Made by a program: the position numbers and the translations under genes
Part shown: positions 9,847 to 18,384 of the stretch, piece after piece
How the letters are laid out: each line of letters begins with the position of its first letter
Position numbering within the stretch: position 1 is the stretch's first letter
Notes under the pieces: generated by a model
Told to the model about the DNA's origin: nothing
The model's database searches: none
What the model saw: the letters and a program-made list of their open reading frames with translations, nothing else
NCBI GenBank assembly: GCA_045863335.1
Contig: BTVY01000018.1
Span: 32,001 to 96,000 of the forward strand
Source: Candidatus Hydrogenedentota bacterium
Lineage (GTDB): Bacteria > Hydrogenedentota > Hydrogenedentia > Hydrogenedentales > SLHB01
Direction of reading: 5' to 3'
Length of the DNA stretch: 64,000 nt

Positions 9847-10001
9847 GGCGGAGACCAGCCCTGGGTTGCGCGGATAGATTCAAAGTTCGGCGCGAATTGT
9901 AGGCAAGTATGATTGAGAATTCAAAGACGGTGTTGTGCGGCGAATCGCGGTCGAGAACGCTCGCGAATTCAACGTTTAGCCGACTTCGCAGGTTCTGTCC
10001 A

Positions 10002-10037
10002 GTCCCATACGTCCTATTCGTCGTATAGGTCCTATCG
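10002..10037. repeat. Degenerate 9-bp tandem repeat (4 units)
   Basis: GTCCCATAC GTCCTATTC GTCGTATAG GTCCTATCG, immediately downstream of the efflux operon. Confidence 0.7.
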
Positions 10038-10042
10038 GTTCT

Positions 10043-11641
10043 TCATGGAGTGGTTGCCGCTTCCTCGGCGGTCTCCCAGCCGCCGCCGAGGGCCTTGTAC
10101 AGCGCGATGAGATCGGTGAGGACAAAGCTCTCGCTGCGGACCAGTTCGTCCTCGGAAAGGAAGAGTTGCTGCTGGGCCTGGAGCACGTTGAGGAAGCCTT
10201 CGAGGCCGCGGACGTAGCGCTCGTTCGCGAGCCGGACAGCTTCGCGGTTAGCGGCGACCGACGCTTCCAACGATTCGCGGCGTACCTGTTCCTGAGCGAA
10301 GGAAACGAGACTGTTTTCCACTTCTTCAAGCGCGAGTAGAATGTCTTGCTCGTATCCAATGAGCGCTTGTTCCTGCCGCGCCCGCTCCACTTCGATGTTC
10401 GATCGGATGCGTCCCCCCTGGAACAAAGGTAACTCGACGCTCGGTCCGAACGACCAGATTTGGTTCGCCCCGCTGAGAATGCTTCCGAGACTGTCGCTTG
10501 CGCCGCCGAAGGCGCCGGTGAGGTAGAACTTGGGATAGAGGTCCGCGACGGCCACGCCGATGCGCGCGGTTGCCGCGGCGAGTTCGCGCTCGGCCTGTCG
10601 GATGTCGGGCCGGCGCCGCAGAAGGTCTGACGGGAGTCCCACGGGCACTTCGTCGGGCGCATCCGGCATGGCTTCCGGTTCGCTCAGTTCGACTTTCAGC
10701 GCGCCGGGGTCTTCGCCGAGCAGCACGGCGAGCCGGTGCATGGACGCGGCAATCTGGGTGTCCAGCAGCGGAATCTGAGACTGCGTGCTCGCCAATTGCG
10801 CTTCGGCGCGCACCACGTCCAATTCGCTGGTCAGTCCCGCATCGAACCGGGCCCGGGTTATATCGACCGTATTCGCTTGCGCATCGATATTCTTGTTGGT
10901 AATTTCGAGCCGCCGTTGCGCAGCGCGAAGCTCGATGTAGTTTCGGGCAATCTCCGACACCAGCGACACGACCACGTCGCGACGAAATTCCTCGGTGGCC
11001 TCGATCGTGGCGTCGGCCGCTTCCACGGCGCGCCGGTTGCCGCCGAACACATCGAGTTCCCAGCGGGCGTCGAAGCCGGCCTGAAACAGGTCCAACTGTC
11101 GGTCCGGGGCTTCCGCGCCACCGCCCGGGGTCAAGGTTCCGCTGGTGGTTTTCGTCGGTTCATTGCCCGAACCGTCGTTGGTCACGGACCGCGTGATGGA
11201 ACCGTTCTGCCCGCGCAAGGTTAGACTGCGGGTCAAACCCTGGGGGCCTTTGCTAAGCCCGGCGGAAAGAGGCGACCCCGTGTCCGGGATGTCCGGCTCG
11301 GCGATTTGACTGCGCGTGTAGGAGCCGGAGACGCCGAGGTTCGGCCACAAGGGCGACGCGGCAACCCCGCGCGCGGCGCGTGCTTCACGGACCCGCGCTT
11401 CCGCAATGGCCAAGTCGAGATTGGAGACAACGCCCCGCTCGACCAGCGTATTCAACATTGGATCGTCAAGCGTGGTCCACCAGTCGGTAACCGCGAATGG
11501 TTCATCCGAAGTTCCACCCGCGCGAGGCGACGACCACGCGTCGGGAGGATCGACATCGGGCCGCGTATAGTCCGGACCCGTCATGCAACCGGCGATCAGT
11601 ATCGCCAATAGGAGGACAATTAAAGTCGTCGATTTAGGCAT
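10043..11641 (-). CDS. RND efflux outer-membrane lipoprotein (NodT/OprM family)
   Basis: Lipobox IAGC-MTGPDY. WELDVFG, PSDLLRRRPDIRQAE and LYKALGGGW motifs. Confidence 0.93.
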   Translation of the reverse strand: MPKSTTLIVLLLAILIAGCMTGPDYTRPDVDPPDAWSSPRAGGTSDEPFAVTDWWTTLDDPMLNTLVERGVVSNLDLAIAEARVREARAARGVAASPLWPNLGVSGSYTRSQIAEPDIPDTGSPLSAGLSKGPQGLTRSLTLRGQNGSITRSVTNDGSGNEPTKTTSGTLTPGGGAEAPDRQLDLFQAGFDARWELDVFGGNRRAVEAADATIEATEEFRRDVVVSLVSEIARNYIELRAAQRRLEITNKNIDAQANTVDITRARFDAGLTSELDVVRAEAQLASTQSQIPLLDTQIAASMHRLAVLLGEDPGALKVELSEPEAMPDAPDEVPVGLPSDLLRRRPDIRQAERELAAATARIGVAVADLYPKFYLTGAFGGASDSLGSILSGANQIWSFGPSVELPLFQGGRIRSNIEVERARQEQALIGYEQDILLALEEVENSLVSFAQEQVRRESLEASVAANREAVRLANERYVRGLEGFLNVLQAQQQLFLSEDELVRSESFVLTDLIALYKALGGGWETAEEAATTP

Positions 11642-14600
11642 GTTCGGAATCTCCCGAGTTCGCCTTCTTCTTTTTCCATGGACGGAACTCGCTGATACCT
11701 TGGATGATCACGAAGAACAGAGGAACAAACACCACGGCCAGGAATGTGGCCGCCAGCATCCCGCCCATGACACCGGTGCCGATCGAATGACGGCCGCCGG
11801 CGCCGGCGCCCTCGCTGAAGACGAGGGGCAACACGCCCAGGATGAAGGCGAGGGACGTCATGACAATCGGTCGTAGGCGTAAACGAGCGGCCTCCACGGC
11901 AGACTCCACGATGCCGTGGCCGGCTTCGCGTTGCGCGGAACAGAATTCTACGATGAGAATTGCGTTCTTCGCCGCAAGACCCACGAGTGTCAGCAGTCCG
12001 ATCTGGAAGTAGATGTCGCGTTCGATACCGCGAATGTATACCGCCAATACCGCGCCGAATACACCAAAAGGCACTGCGAGCAATACGGCGAAGGGCAACG
12101 ACCATTTCTCGTACTGAGCCGCCAACACGAGAAACACAATGAGCAGGCCGAATGCGATGACGTACGGCGCCTGGTTGCCCGCTTTGACCTCCTGGTACGA
12201 TACGCCGCTCCAGTCAAAGTCGTATCCCGCGGGCAATACTTCATCGGCCACCTCGCGCAGGCGCGTCATGGCTTGCCCGGTGCTGAACCCGGGGGCGGGC
12301 GCCCCGGTCACTTGCACCGCGGGAAAGCTGTTGAAGCGGCTGACCACATTGGGCCCCGACTGAAATCGCACGTCCAGGACTCCCGAAAGCTCCACCATGT
12401 CGCCCGCGGCATTGCGCACGAATATCTTGGTGATATCGTCCGGGCGGTCGCGAAACTCCGGCTCCGCCTGAAGCTGCACCCGGTAGATGCGGCCGTACTT
12501 GTTGAAGTCGTTCACATACAACGCGCCAAGATACGCCTGCAAGCTGCTGAAAATATCGTTGATGGGCAGCCCCATGGCCTTTGCGCGCGTGCGATCCAGG
12601 TCCACATACAGTTGAGGCTGGTTCACGTTCAACACGCCGGACACGCCGACGAACATGGGGTCTTGATTGAGCGCCCCGAGGAAATCGTTGGTAACCTGCG
12701 CGAGCTTGCGCACGTCGCTGATGCCCCGGCTTTCCAATTGCAGTTCAAAACCGGCTCGCAATCCCAATCCCCGTACCGCAGGCGGATTGAAGGCGATGAC
12801 TAAAGCTTCTTTCATGCCCGCGAACCGGCCGAACACGCGGCCCACGAGGGCGTTGACGTGCTTATCGGGCGTCCGCCGCTCCGACCAGTTCTTGAGATTG
12901 ATGAACATGGCGCCGGCGCTGGTGCTTGCCGACCGCCCCGCGAGGAAGTCTTGGCCTCCGAGCGTCACGACCCGCTGGACCTCCGGCTGCGCCAAGAGGA
13001 AGTCCTCGACTTCGGCCATGACCTCGCTGGTCCGTTGCAGCGACGCACCCTGCGGCAACGAGACAGCGACCATGAAGTAGCCCTGGTCCTCCTGGGGGAT
13101 GAAGCCGCTGGGAACCCGTTCGAAAAGATCGTATGTGGCCCACAGCAGTACGCCAAAGACGAGGACCGACACGACCCCCAGCTTGATCGCCAGGCGCACG
13201 GTGCGCGTGTACAGATTGGTCCCCGCGAGAAAGAAGCGATCGAACCACCGGAAGAAGAACATCTTTTCGTGCTGGCGCTTCAGCAACAGGCGGCAGAGGG
13301 CGGGGCTGAGCGTCAGTGCAATCAATCCGGAGATGGCGACCGAAATGGAGATGGTGATCGCGAACTGCTGGTACATGACGCCGGTCAGTCCGCCCAAGAA
13401 CGCCACGGGAAGGTAAACGGCGCACAATACCAGCACGATGGCGATGACGGGTCCGGTGACCTGATTCATCGCCTTGATCGTCGCATCGCGGACAGCGAGC
13501 CCCTCTTCATGCATGATGCGCTCGACGTTTTCCACAACCACGATGGCGTCGTCCACGACGATCCCAATGGCGAGCACAAGGCCGAACAACGTCAATGAGT
13601 TGATCGAGAAGCCGAAGATCAGCATCCCCGTGAAGGTCCCGATGATGGCAACCGGTACCGCAAGCAGAGGAATAATCGTGGCGCGCCAGCTTCCCAGAAA
13701 CACGAACACAACGGCGATCACCAACAAGACCGCTTCGAAGAACGTCTTCCCGACTTCCTTAATAGAAACTTCGATGAAGTCCGTGGTGTTGAAGGGAACG
13801 TCGTAGCTGACGCCTTCCGGAAAGCCGGACTCGAGCCCTTCCAGGGCCTGCTCCAACCCTTGCATCGCGCTCAAGGCGTTTGCTTCCGGTTGCAGAAACG
13901 CCAGAATGAAGGTGGTCGGTTTTCCATTCAAACGGCCGAACGCGTCGTACCCGAGCGATCCCAGTTCCACCCGGCCCACGTCGCGGATGCGAAGGATGGA
14001 GCCGTCCGGTTCCGCGCGGAGGATGATGTCCTCAAACTGATCGGGTTCGTCGAGGCGTCCGCGCGTGATGACGGGGATGGTGAACTCGACCCCGTCGGGC
14101 GACGGCGCCGCACCGATACGCCCGGCGGCGTAAAGCCCGTTCTGTTCGCGCACGGCGGCCGCCACGTCGGTCACGGTGAGGCCCTTGGCGGCCAGCTTGT
14201 CTGGATTCAACCAGATGCGCATGGAATAATCTTTGGCCCCGAATACCGCGATGTCGCCGATACCCGGCACGCGCTTGAGCGTGTCGATCATGTAGATCGT
14301 CGCGTAGTTACTCAGGTAGATATCGTCGTACTGGGGGTCGTCTGAATTCAGTGCGATCACGGAAAGGATGTTGTTTGATCGCTTTACTACGGAGATCCCC
14401 TGCCGGATGACTTCCTGCGGCAATCGTGGTTCGGCGCGCTTGAGCCGGTTCTGGACTTCTACCGCGGCGATGTCGAGGTCGGAGCCGATTTCGAAGGTAC
14501 AGGTGACCGACAACCCGCCGTCGTTGGCGCTCTGTGACTGGTAGTAGAGCAGGTTTTCAATGCCGCTCAACTCTTGCTCGATCGGCGCCGCTAGCGATTC

Positions 14601-14777
14601 CGCCACCGTCTCCGCATTGGCGCCGGGGTAGTGAGCCGTGATGTCCACGGTGGGCGGCGTGATTTCCGGCGATTGTTCCACGGGGAGAAAGTACATGGAC
14701 CCCAGGCCGCACAGGGCAATAATGATCGAGATCACGGATGCGAAGACCGGCCGGTCGATAAAGAATCGTGAGAGCAT
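11634..14777 (-). CDS. RND efflux permease (AcrB/HAE1 family)
   Basis: FFIDRPVFA, GIVVDDAIVVVENVER, AKNAILIVEF and RLRPIVMTS; 1047 aa. Confidence 0.96.
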   Translation of the reverse strand: MLSRFFIDRPVFASVISIIIALCGLGSMYFLPVEQSPEITPPTVDITAHYPGANAETVAESLAAPIEQELSGIENLLYYQSQSANDGGLSVTCTFEIGSDLDIAAVEVQNRLKRAEPRLPQEVIRQGISVVKRSNNILSVIALNSDDPQYDDIYLSNYATIYMIDTLKRVPGIGDIAVFGAKDYSMRIWLNPDKLAAKGLTVTDVAAAVREQNGLYAAGRIGAAPSPDGVEFTIPVITRGRLDEPDQFEDIILRAEPDGSILRIRDVGRVELGSLGYDAFGRLNGKPTTFILAFLQPEANALSAMQGLEQALEGLESGFPEGVSYDVPFNTTDFIEVSIKEVGKTFFEAVLLVIAVVFVFLGSWRATIIPLLAVPVAIIGTFTGMLIFGFSINSLTLFGLVLAIGIVVDDAIVVVENVERIMHEEGLAVRDATIKAMNQVTGPVIAIVLVLCAVYLPVAFLGGLTGVMYQQFAITISISVAISGLIALTLSPALCRLLLKRQHEKMFFFRWFDRFFLAGTNLYTRTVRLAIKLGVVSVLVFGVLLWATYDLFERVPSGFIPQEDQGYFMVAVSLPQGASLQRTSEVMAEVEDFLLAQPEVQRVVTLGGQDFLAGRSASTSAGAMFINLKNWSERRTPDKHVNALVGRVFGRFAGMKEALVIAFNPPAVRGLGLRAGFELQLESRGISDVRKLAQVTNDFLGALNQDPMFVGVSGVLNVNQPQLYVDLDRTRAKAMGLPINDIFSSLQAYLGALYVNDFNKYGRIYRVQLQAEPEFRDRPDDITKIFVRNAAGDMVELSGVLDVRFQSGPNVVSRFNSFPAVQVTGAPAPGFSTGQAMTRLREVADEVLPAGYDFDWSGVSYQEVKAGNQAPYVIAFGLLIVFLVLAAQYEKWSLPFAVLLAVPFGVFGAVLAVYIRGIERDIYFQIGLLTLVGLAAKNAILIVEFCSAQREAGHGIVESAVEAARLRLRPIVMTSLAFILGVLPLVFSEGAGAGGRHSIGTGVMGGMLAATFLAVVFVPLFFVIIQGISEFRPWKKKKANSGDSEHA

Positions 14778-14786
14778 AGTCGTGTC

Positions 14787-15953
14787 CTATTCGGCCGCTT
14801 CGGCGTTTTCTTGTGCGGTGTAGGGAACCGGATTGACGGTGATGCCCGGCTGCACTTTCACCAAACCTTCAACGACGACGCGGTCGCCCGCTGTAAGTCC
14901 ATTGAACACGATCCAATCATCCGCGGCCCAGGGGCCAGGCTCGATGATTTGAAATTGGGCCGTGTTGCTGTCGTCCACGCGGTACACATAGGACCCTTGC
15001 GGCGACTGGCTGACGGCCCGCTGGGGAACAGTCAACGTGTCGGGCCGTACATAGCCGCGAATGTGGACTTTGACGAACTGGCCCGCCTTGAGGTGTTTAT
15101 CCGCATTGGGCAGGGTTGCCCGCAACTCAACCGTGCCAGTTTTGTCGATTGCCGCGGACTCGAAATCGATGACGCCTTTTTCCGGATACACGGAACCGTC
15201 CAGGAGCGTCACTTCCAGGTACGGCGCATCGATGCCTTCGGCGAGCACGATTTCGTTGTCCCGGACTTCCCGTTCGTAGCGGAGATATTCGCGCTCACTC
15301 ACTTGAAAACTGACGTAGATGGGATCGACCTGTCGCATGACGGTGAGCAAGCTGTTCGCGCTCGCATCCACCAGGCTGCCGATTTCCTTCTCGGCCTTCC
15401 CAATGAAACCGGTCAACGGCGCTTCCACCGTGGTGTAGCTGAGTTCGAGTTCCGCTTTGGCCAATTGCGCTTTTGCGAGCCGAAGGGATGCGGCCGCGTC
15501 CGCCTGCTCGGCCAGAGCCTGATCGAGGTCGGTTTCCGCAATCGCGCCCGGAACCTTTACCGAACGAAGTCGTTCGACTTCCTGCCCGGCCAGGTTCAGT
15601 CGCGTCTCGGCCTGCTCGACCCGGGCCACCGCTATTTGCTGGTCCGCCTGAAACGAACGCGGATCGATGGTAAAAAGCTTCGCGCCCTGTTCGATGTAGG
15701 CGCCCTCATCAAAGTCCCGGGTTTCGAGGAACCCTTGGATGCGCGCGCGCACTTCAACGAGCTTGGAAGCTTCCGTAACGCCTACGAATTCGTAGGCCAC
15801 AGGCACGGTCTCGGGTTGCACGGTCACAACGGCAACTTCCGGGGGCGGGGGCGGCCCGCTTCCGGGTCCTTGAGCCAGGCTCATGGATGTAACGCTCGCG
15901 CCCAGAATCAGAGCGAGTCCTATGGCAAATCGAAGTGGTCTCATGGATCTCAT
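14787..15953 (-). CDS. RND efflux membrane fusion protein (AcrA family)
   Basis: VEVRARIQG, LSYTTVEAPLTGFIG and GLTAGDRVVVEG motifs. Directly upstream of the permease. Confidence 0.93.
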   Translation of the reverse strand: MRSMRPLRFAIGLALILGASVTSMSLAQGPGSGPPPPPEVAVVTVQPETVPVAYEFVGVTEASKLVEVRARIQGFLETRDFDEGAYIEQGAKLFTIDPRSFQADQQIAVARVEQAETRLNLAGQEVERLRSVKVPGAIAETDLDQALAEQADAAASLRLAKAQLAKAELELSYTTVEAPLTGFIGKAEKEIGSLVDASANSLLTVMRQVDPIYVSFQVSEREYLRYEREVRDNEIVLAEGIDAPYLEVTLLDGSVYPEKGVIDFESAAIDKTGTVELRATLPNADKHLKAGQFVKVHIRGYVRPDTLTVPQRAVSQSPQGSYVYRVDDSNTAQFQIIEPGPWAADDWIVFNGLTAGDRVVVEGLVKVQPGITVNPVPYTAQENAEAAE

Positions 15954-16145
15954 TCCTGCGGTTGGAACCTTAGCGGATTAGGCACACACGGGGACGTGTG
16001 GCCGGTAGCAGTACTTCTTCATGTTTACGATCTTGATCGGGCCTGGATTGCGACGATGGGGAGCCGCTTACGTTACCAATGCCTATATCCAGTCGCAGGA
16101 TGCGCATCTTTTAGTGTCCTGCTTGATACAGACGTCACTCGCTGG

Positions 16146-16700
16146 CTATATCGCCGCCGTGGATACCTCCTCAGCCAGTTCCATTAATTCGTCGACCAGC
16201 GCCTTACGCTGGTTTGCATCAAAAGGCGATGCCTGTAGGAGTTCCAACAGAAACAACCCGTCAGCCGCCAGTAGCACGAGCGCCTTGCGCAACGCCGAAC
16301 CGCCGTCTTTCTCGTGGGCCGCGAAACGCTTTTGATGATGTTCCCGTATGCTCTTAATCAGGGACGGCTCATTAGCAACGGCCGCCAACAACGCCGCCCC
16401 GACGCGGCGGTCAGACGCCGGCCGCACCAGCCGCGCGACGATGTCCGCTTGCAGCGCGCGCGCCGGCCCCTCGGGAAGGTCCGCCTGTGATTCCACGCGC
16501 CGCGCGTCGCCCCGCTCGATGAGGCGGGCAATCATCGCCTCCACAAGGGCGTCCTTGGTCGGGAAGTGGTACAGAAGCCCGCCCTTGCTGACACCGGCCT
16601 TCTCGGCAACGGCATCCAAGGTGAGGCGGGACGGACCCCCTTCGACCACCACCGCTTCGGCGGAGTCTAGGACGAGGTCTTTGCAACTTGGACGTGCCAT
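16146..16700 (-). CDS. TetR/AcrR family transcriptional regulator
   Basis: HTH LTLDAVAEKAGVSKGGLLYHFPTKDAL. Start placed at ATG 16700 because the promoter and operator lie just upstream. Confidence 0.92.
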   Translation of the reverse strand: MARPSCKDLVLDSAEAVVVEGGPSRLTLDAVAEKAGVSKGGLLYHFPTKDALVEAMIARLIERGDARRVESQADLPEGPARALQADIVARLVRPASDRRVGAALLAAVANEPSLIKSIREHHQKRFAAHEKDGGSALRKALVLLAADGLFLLELLQASPFDANQRKALVDELMELAEEVSTAAI

Positions 16701-16719
16701 ATGGATTGAGTGGTTTCCA

Positions 16720-16771
16720 GTTACTATACCGTCTAGACGGTATAGTAACGCGAGCAAGACATTCGTGTCAA
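16720..16771 (-). promoter_or_regulatory. TetR promoter (TTGACA-18 bp-TACTAT) overlapped by perfect 30-bp palindromic operator
   Basis: GTTACTATACCGTCTAGACGGTATAGTAAC (16720-16749) is its own reverse complement. Minus-strand TTGACA at 16771-16766. Confidence 0.8.
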
Positions 16772-16806
16772 GCGGTGTACGAAGGGATTTCAATACGAAT
16801 GATGTC

Positions 16807-17805
16807 TTAGGTCGGAAACCAGCCTTCGAGGAACTCTGCCAGGGTGCCGTCGTACTCGGCTTCAGCGAGGAACTCGGTGCCGTGCTGGTTGCCCCAGGAG
16901 TAGTTAATGATGAGCTTGCCGTTGTGCTCGCAGAAGTCGATATCGGAGTTGTTGATGTTGGTGGCGTTGGCGATGATTCCCCGTTGCTCGGGGCTTAGCT
17001 TGTCGTTGGCGATTTGCTTGTCTGCGTCGGAGGCTTTCAGCACCGGATTGAGGGGACTTAGTTCCCAGTCAATCAGGTCTTTGGACCGCACCAGGTACTG
17101 TTCGTATCCGCCATTCACCGCTTCCAGGAAGAAGTTGTAGTAGTGCCCGTTGTGGTGGCGCAAGGCGTGGGGCGCGGTGTAGCGGTCCTTTGAGTAGGTA
17201 CACTCGGGCGGCATGAGGTCCCATTGGCGCAGGTCGCTGGACCGTGCGAAGAGGGCCGTGAAGCGCGTTCCCGCGACTTCGGGCGGTTTGCCCACTTCGT
17301 ACATGAGCATGTAGCCGTCATGGATGGTGCAGAGCGAGGTGTTGAAGATTCCGTACCCCGGCAGGTTGAGGACGTTCCAGGTTTCCCAATGCTCCATGTC
17401 GTGGGAAACGAAGATGTCGATGCGTTCGCCGTCCCAGATATTGGTGCCCATCACGAAGATCGTCCCGCCCTCGACCATGGCGCATCCCAGGTGGTATCCC
17501 TTCGCGAAGGGAGCGCTTGCCTCCCCGGTTTCGCGATCGATGAACCGAAAGTAGGAGTCGCCGGTTGTATTTCCCCAATACCCCTGCCGGACGTATTCAA
17601 AGCGATAGACCCGATTCTTGAATACGACGGGTGTGGTTTCAACCAGATCCGGATCGATGGTGCCGAGTTTCCTGATCGCCGGTTTTGCCGGGGTCGGCTG
17701 GCCGTTCGCCGAACTCAGCGCGACGCCGCCCACCGCCAACGCCGATGCTGCCAAAAACTGCCTGCGGGGCAGTTTCAGCCCGCGCCCGTGTCTGCGATTA
17801 TCCAT
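16807..17805 (-). CDS. Tat-exported beta-propeller glycosidase-like protein
   Basis: RRQFL twin-arginine signal and RBS GGAGG. Repeated S.DL..W (Asp-box-like) motifs and NPVL as in GH32/43/130-type propellers. Confidence 0.65.
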   Translation of the reverse strand: MDNRRHGRGLKLPRRQFLAASALAVGGVALSSANGQPTPAKPAIRKLGTIDPDLVETTPVVFKNRVYRFEYVRQGYWGNTTGDSYFRFIDRETGEASAPFAKGYHLGCAMVEGGTIFVMGTNIWDGERIDIFVSHDMEHWETWNVLNLPGYGIFNTSLCTIHDGYMLMYEVGKPPEVAGTRFTALFARSSDLRQWDLMPPECTYSKDRYTAPHALRHHNGHYYNFFLEAVNGGYEQYLVRSKDLIDWELSPLNPVLKASDADKQIANDKLSPEQRGIIANATNINNSDIDFCEHNGKLIINYSWGNQHGTEFLAEAEYDGTLAEFLEGWFPT

Positions 17806-17902
17806 CACGAGTCCCTCCAAACCCATTGCGTTTCCTAACTATAGGGGATAGTCGGGCCAATGCGCCAACCCGGAAAACCGCGGCCGTGTCAACCGACCAA
17901 CA

Positions 17903-17966
17903 TACTAATTCGTTAGTAGGTATTGACAGGGCAACTCGGACGCGCTATGCTACTAAATAATTAGTA
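17903..17966 (+). promoter_or_regulatory. Sigma-70 promoter flanked by two BlaI-type operators
   Basis: TTGACA (17923-28), 17 bp spacer, TATGCT (17946-51). TACTAA-N4-TTAGTA palindromes at 17903-17918 and 17951-17966. Confidence 0.8.
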
Positions 17967-17994
17967 AGTACTCCGGCTTTAGGAGGACCAGACC

Positions 17995-18384
17995 ATGCCT
18001 CGCGTTCCCTCGCGATTCCCCACAGACCTGGAATTGGCCATCTTGAAAATCCTCTGGCAGCGGGGTCCCTCCACCGTCCGGCAGGTTCGCGATGAGCTTG
18101 CCGATGAACGCGATCTCGCGTACACCTCGGTCATGACGATCATGACCATCATGGCGGACAAGGGCTACGTCCGGCGGCGCAAGGCAAAGGGGAGCTACGT
18201 GTACCGGCCCGTACTCGAACAGCAGTCCGCGGCGCGCGCGATGCTCTCCGATGTGGTGAACCGGGTGTTCGATGGGTCCGCAGCCGCCGCGGCGGTCCAC
18301 CTGCTCGAATCGGCGGAGATCGATCCTGCCGAACTCCACGAACTCCAGCGGCTGCTTGCCAGCAAAAGGGGGAGCGAATCATGA
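17995..18384 (+). CDS. BlaI/MecI/CopY family transcriptional repressor
   Basis: TDLELAILKILW, TVRQV, LAYTSVMT, DKGYVRR and FDGS motifs. RBS AGGAGG. Confidence 0.93.
   Translation: MPRVPSRFPTDLELAILKILWQRGPSTVRQVRDELADERDLAYTSVMTIMTIMADKGYVRRRKAKGSYVYRPVLEQQSAARAMLSDVVNRVFDGSAAAAAVHLLESAEIDPAELHELQRLLASKRGSES

Noticed and set aside
11916-16187. Long + strand ORFs (295, 246 and 458 aa) opposite the RND operon
   Set aside because: Antisense shadow frames typical of high-GC coding DNA, with no motifs.
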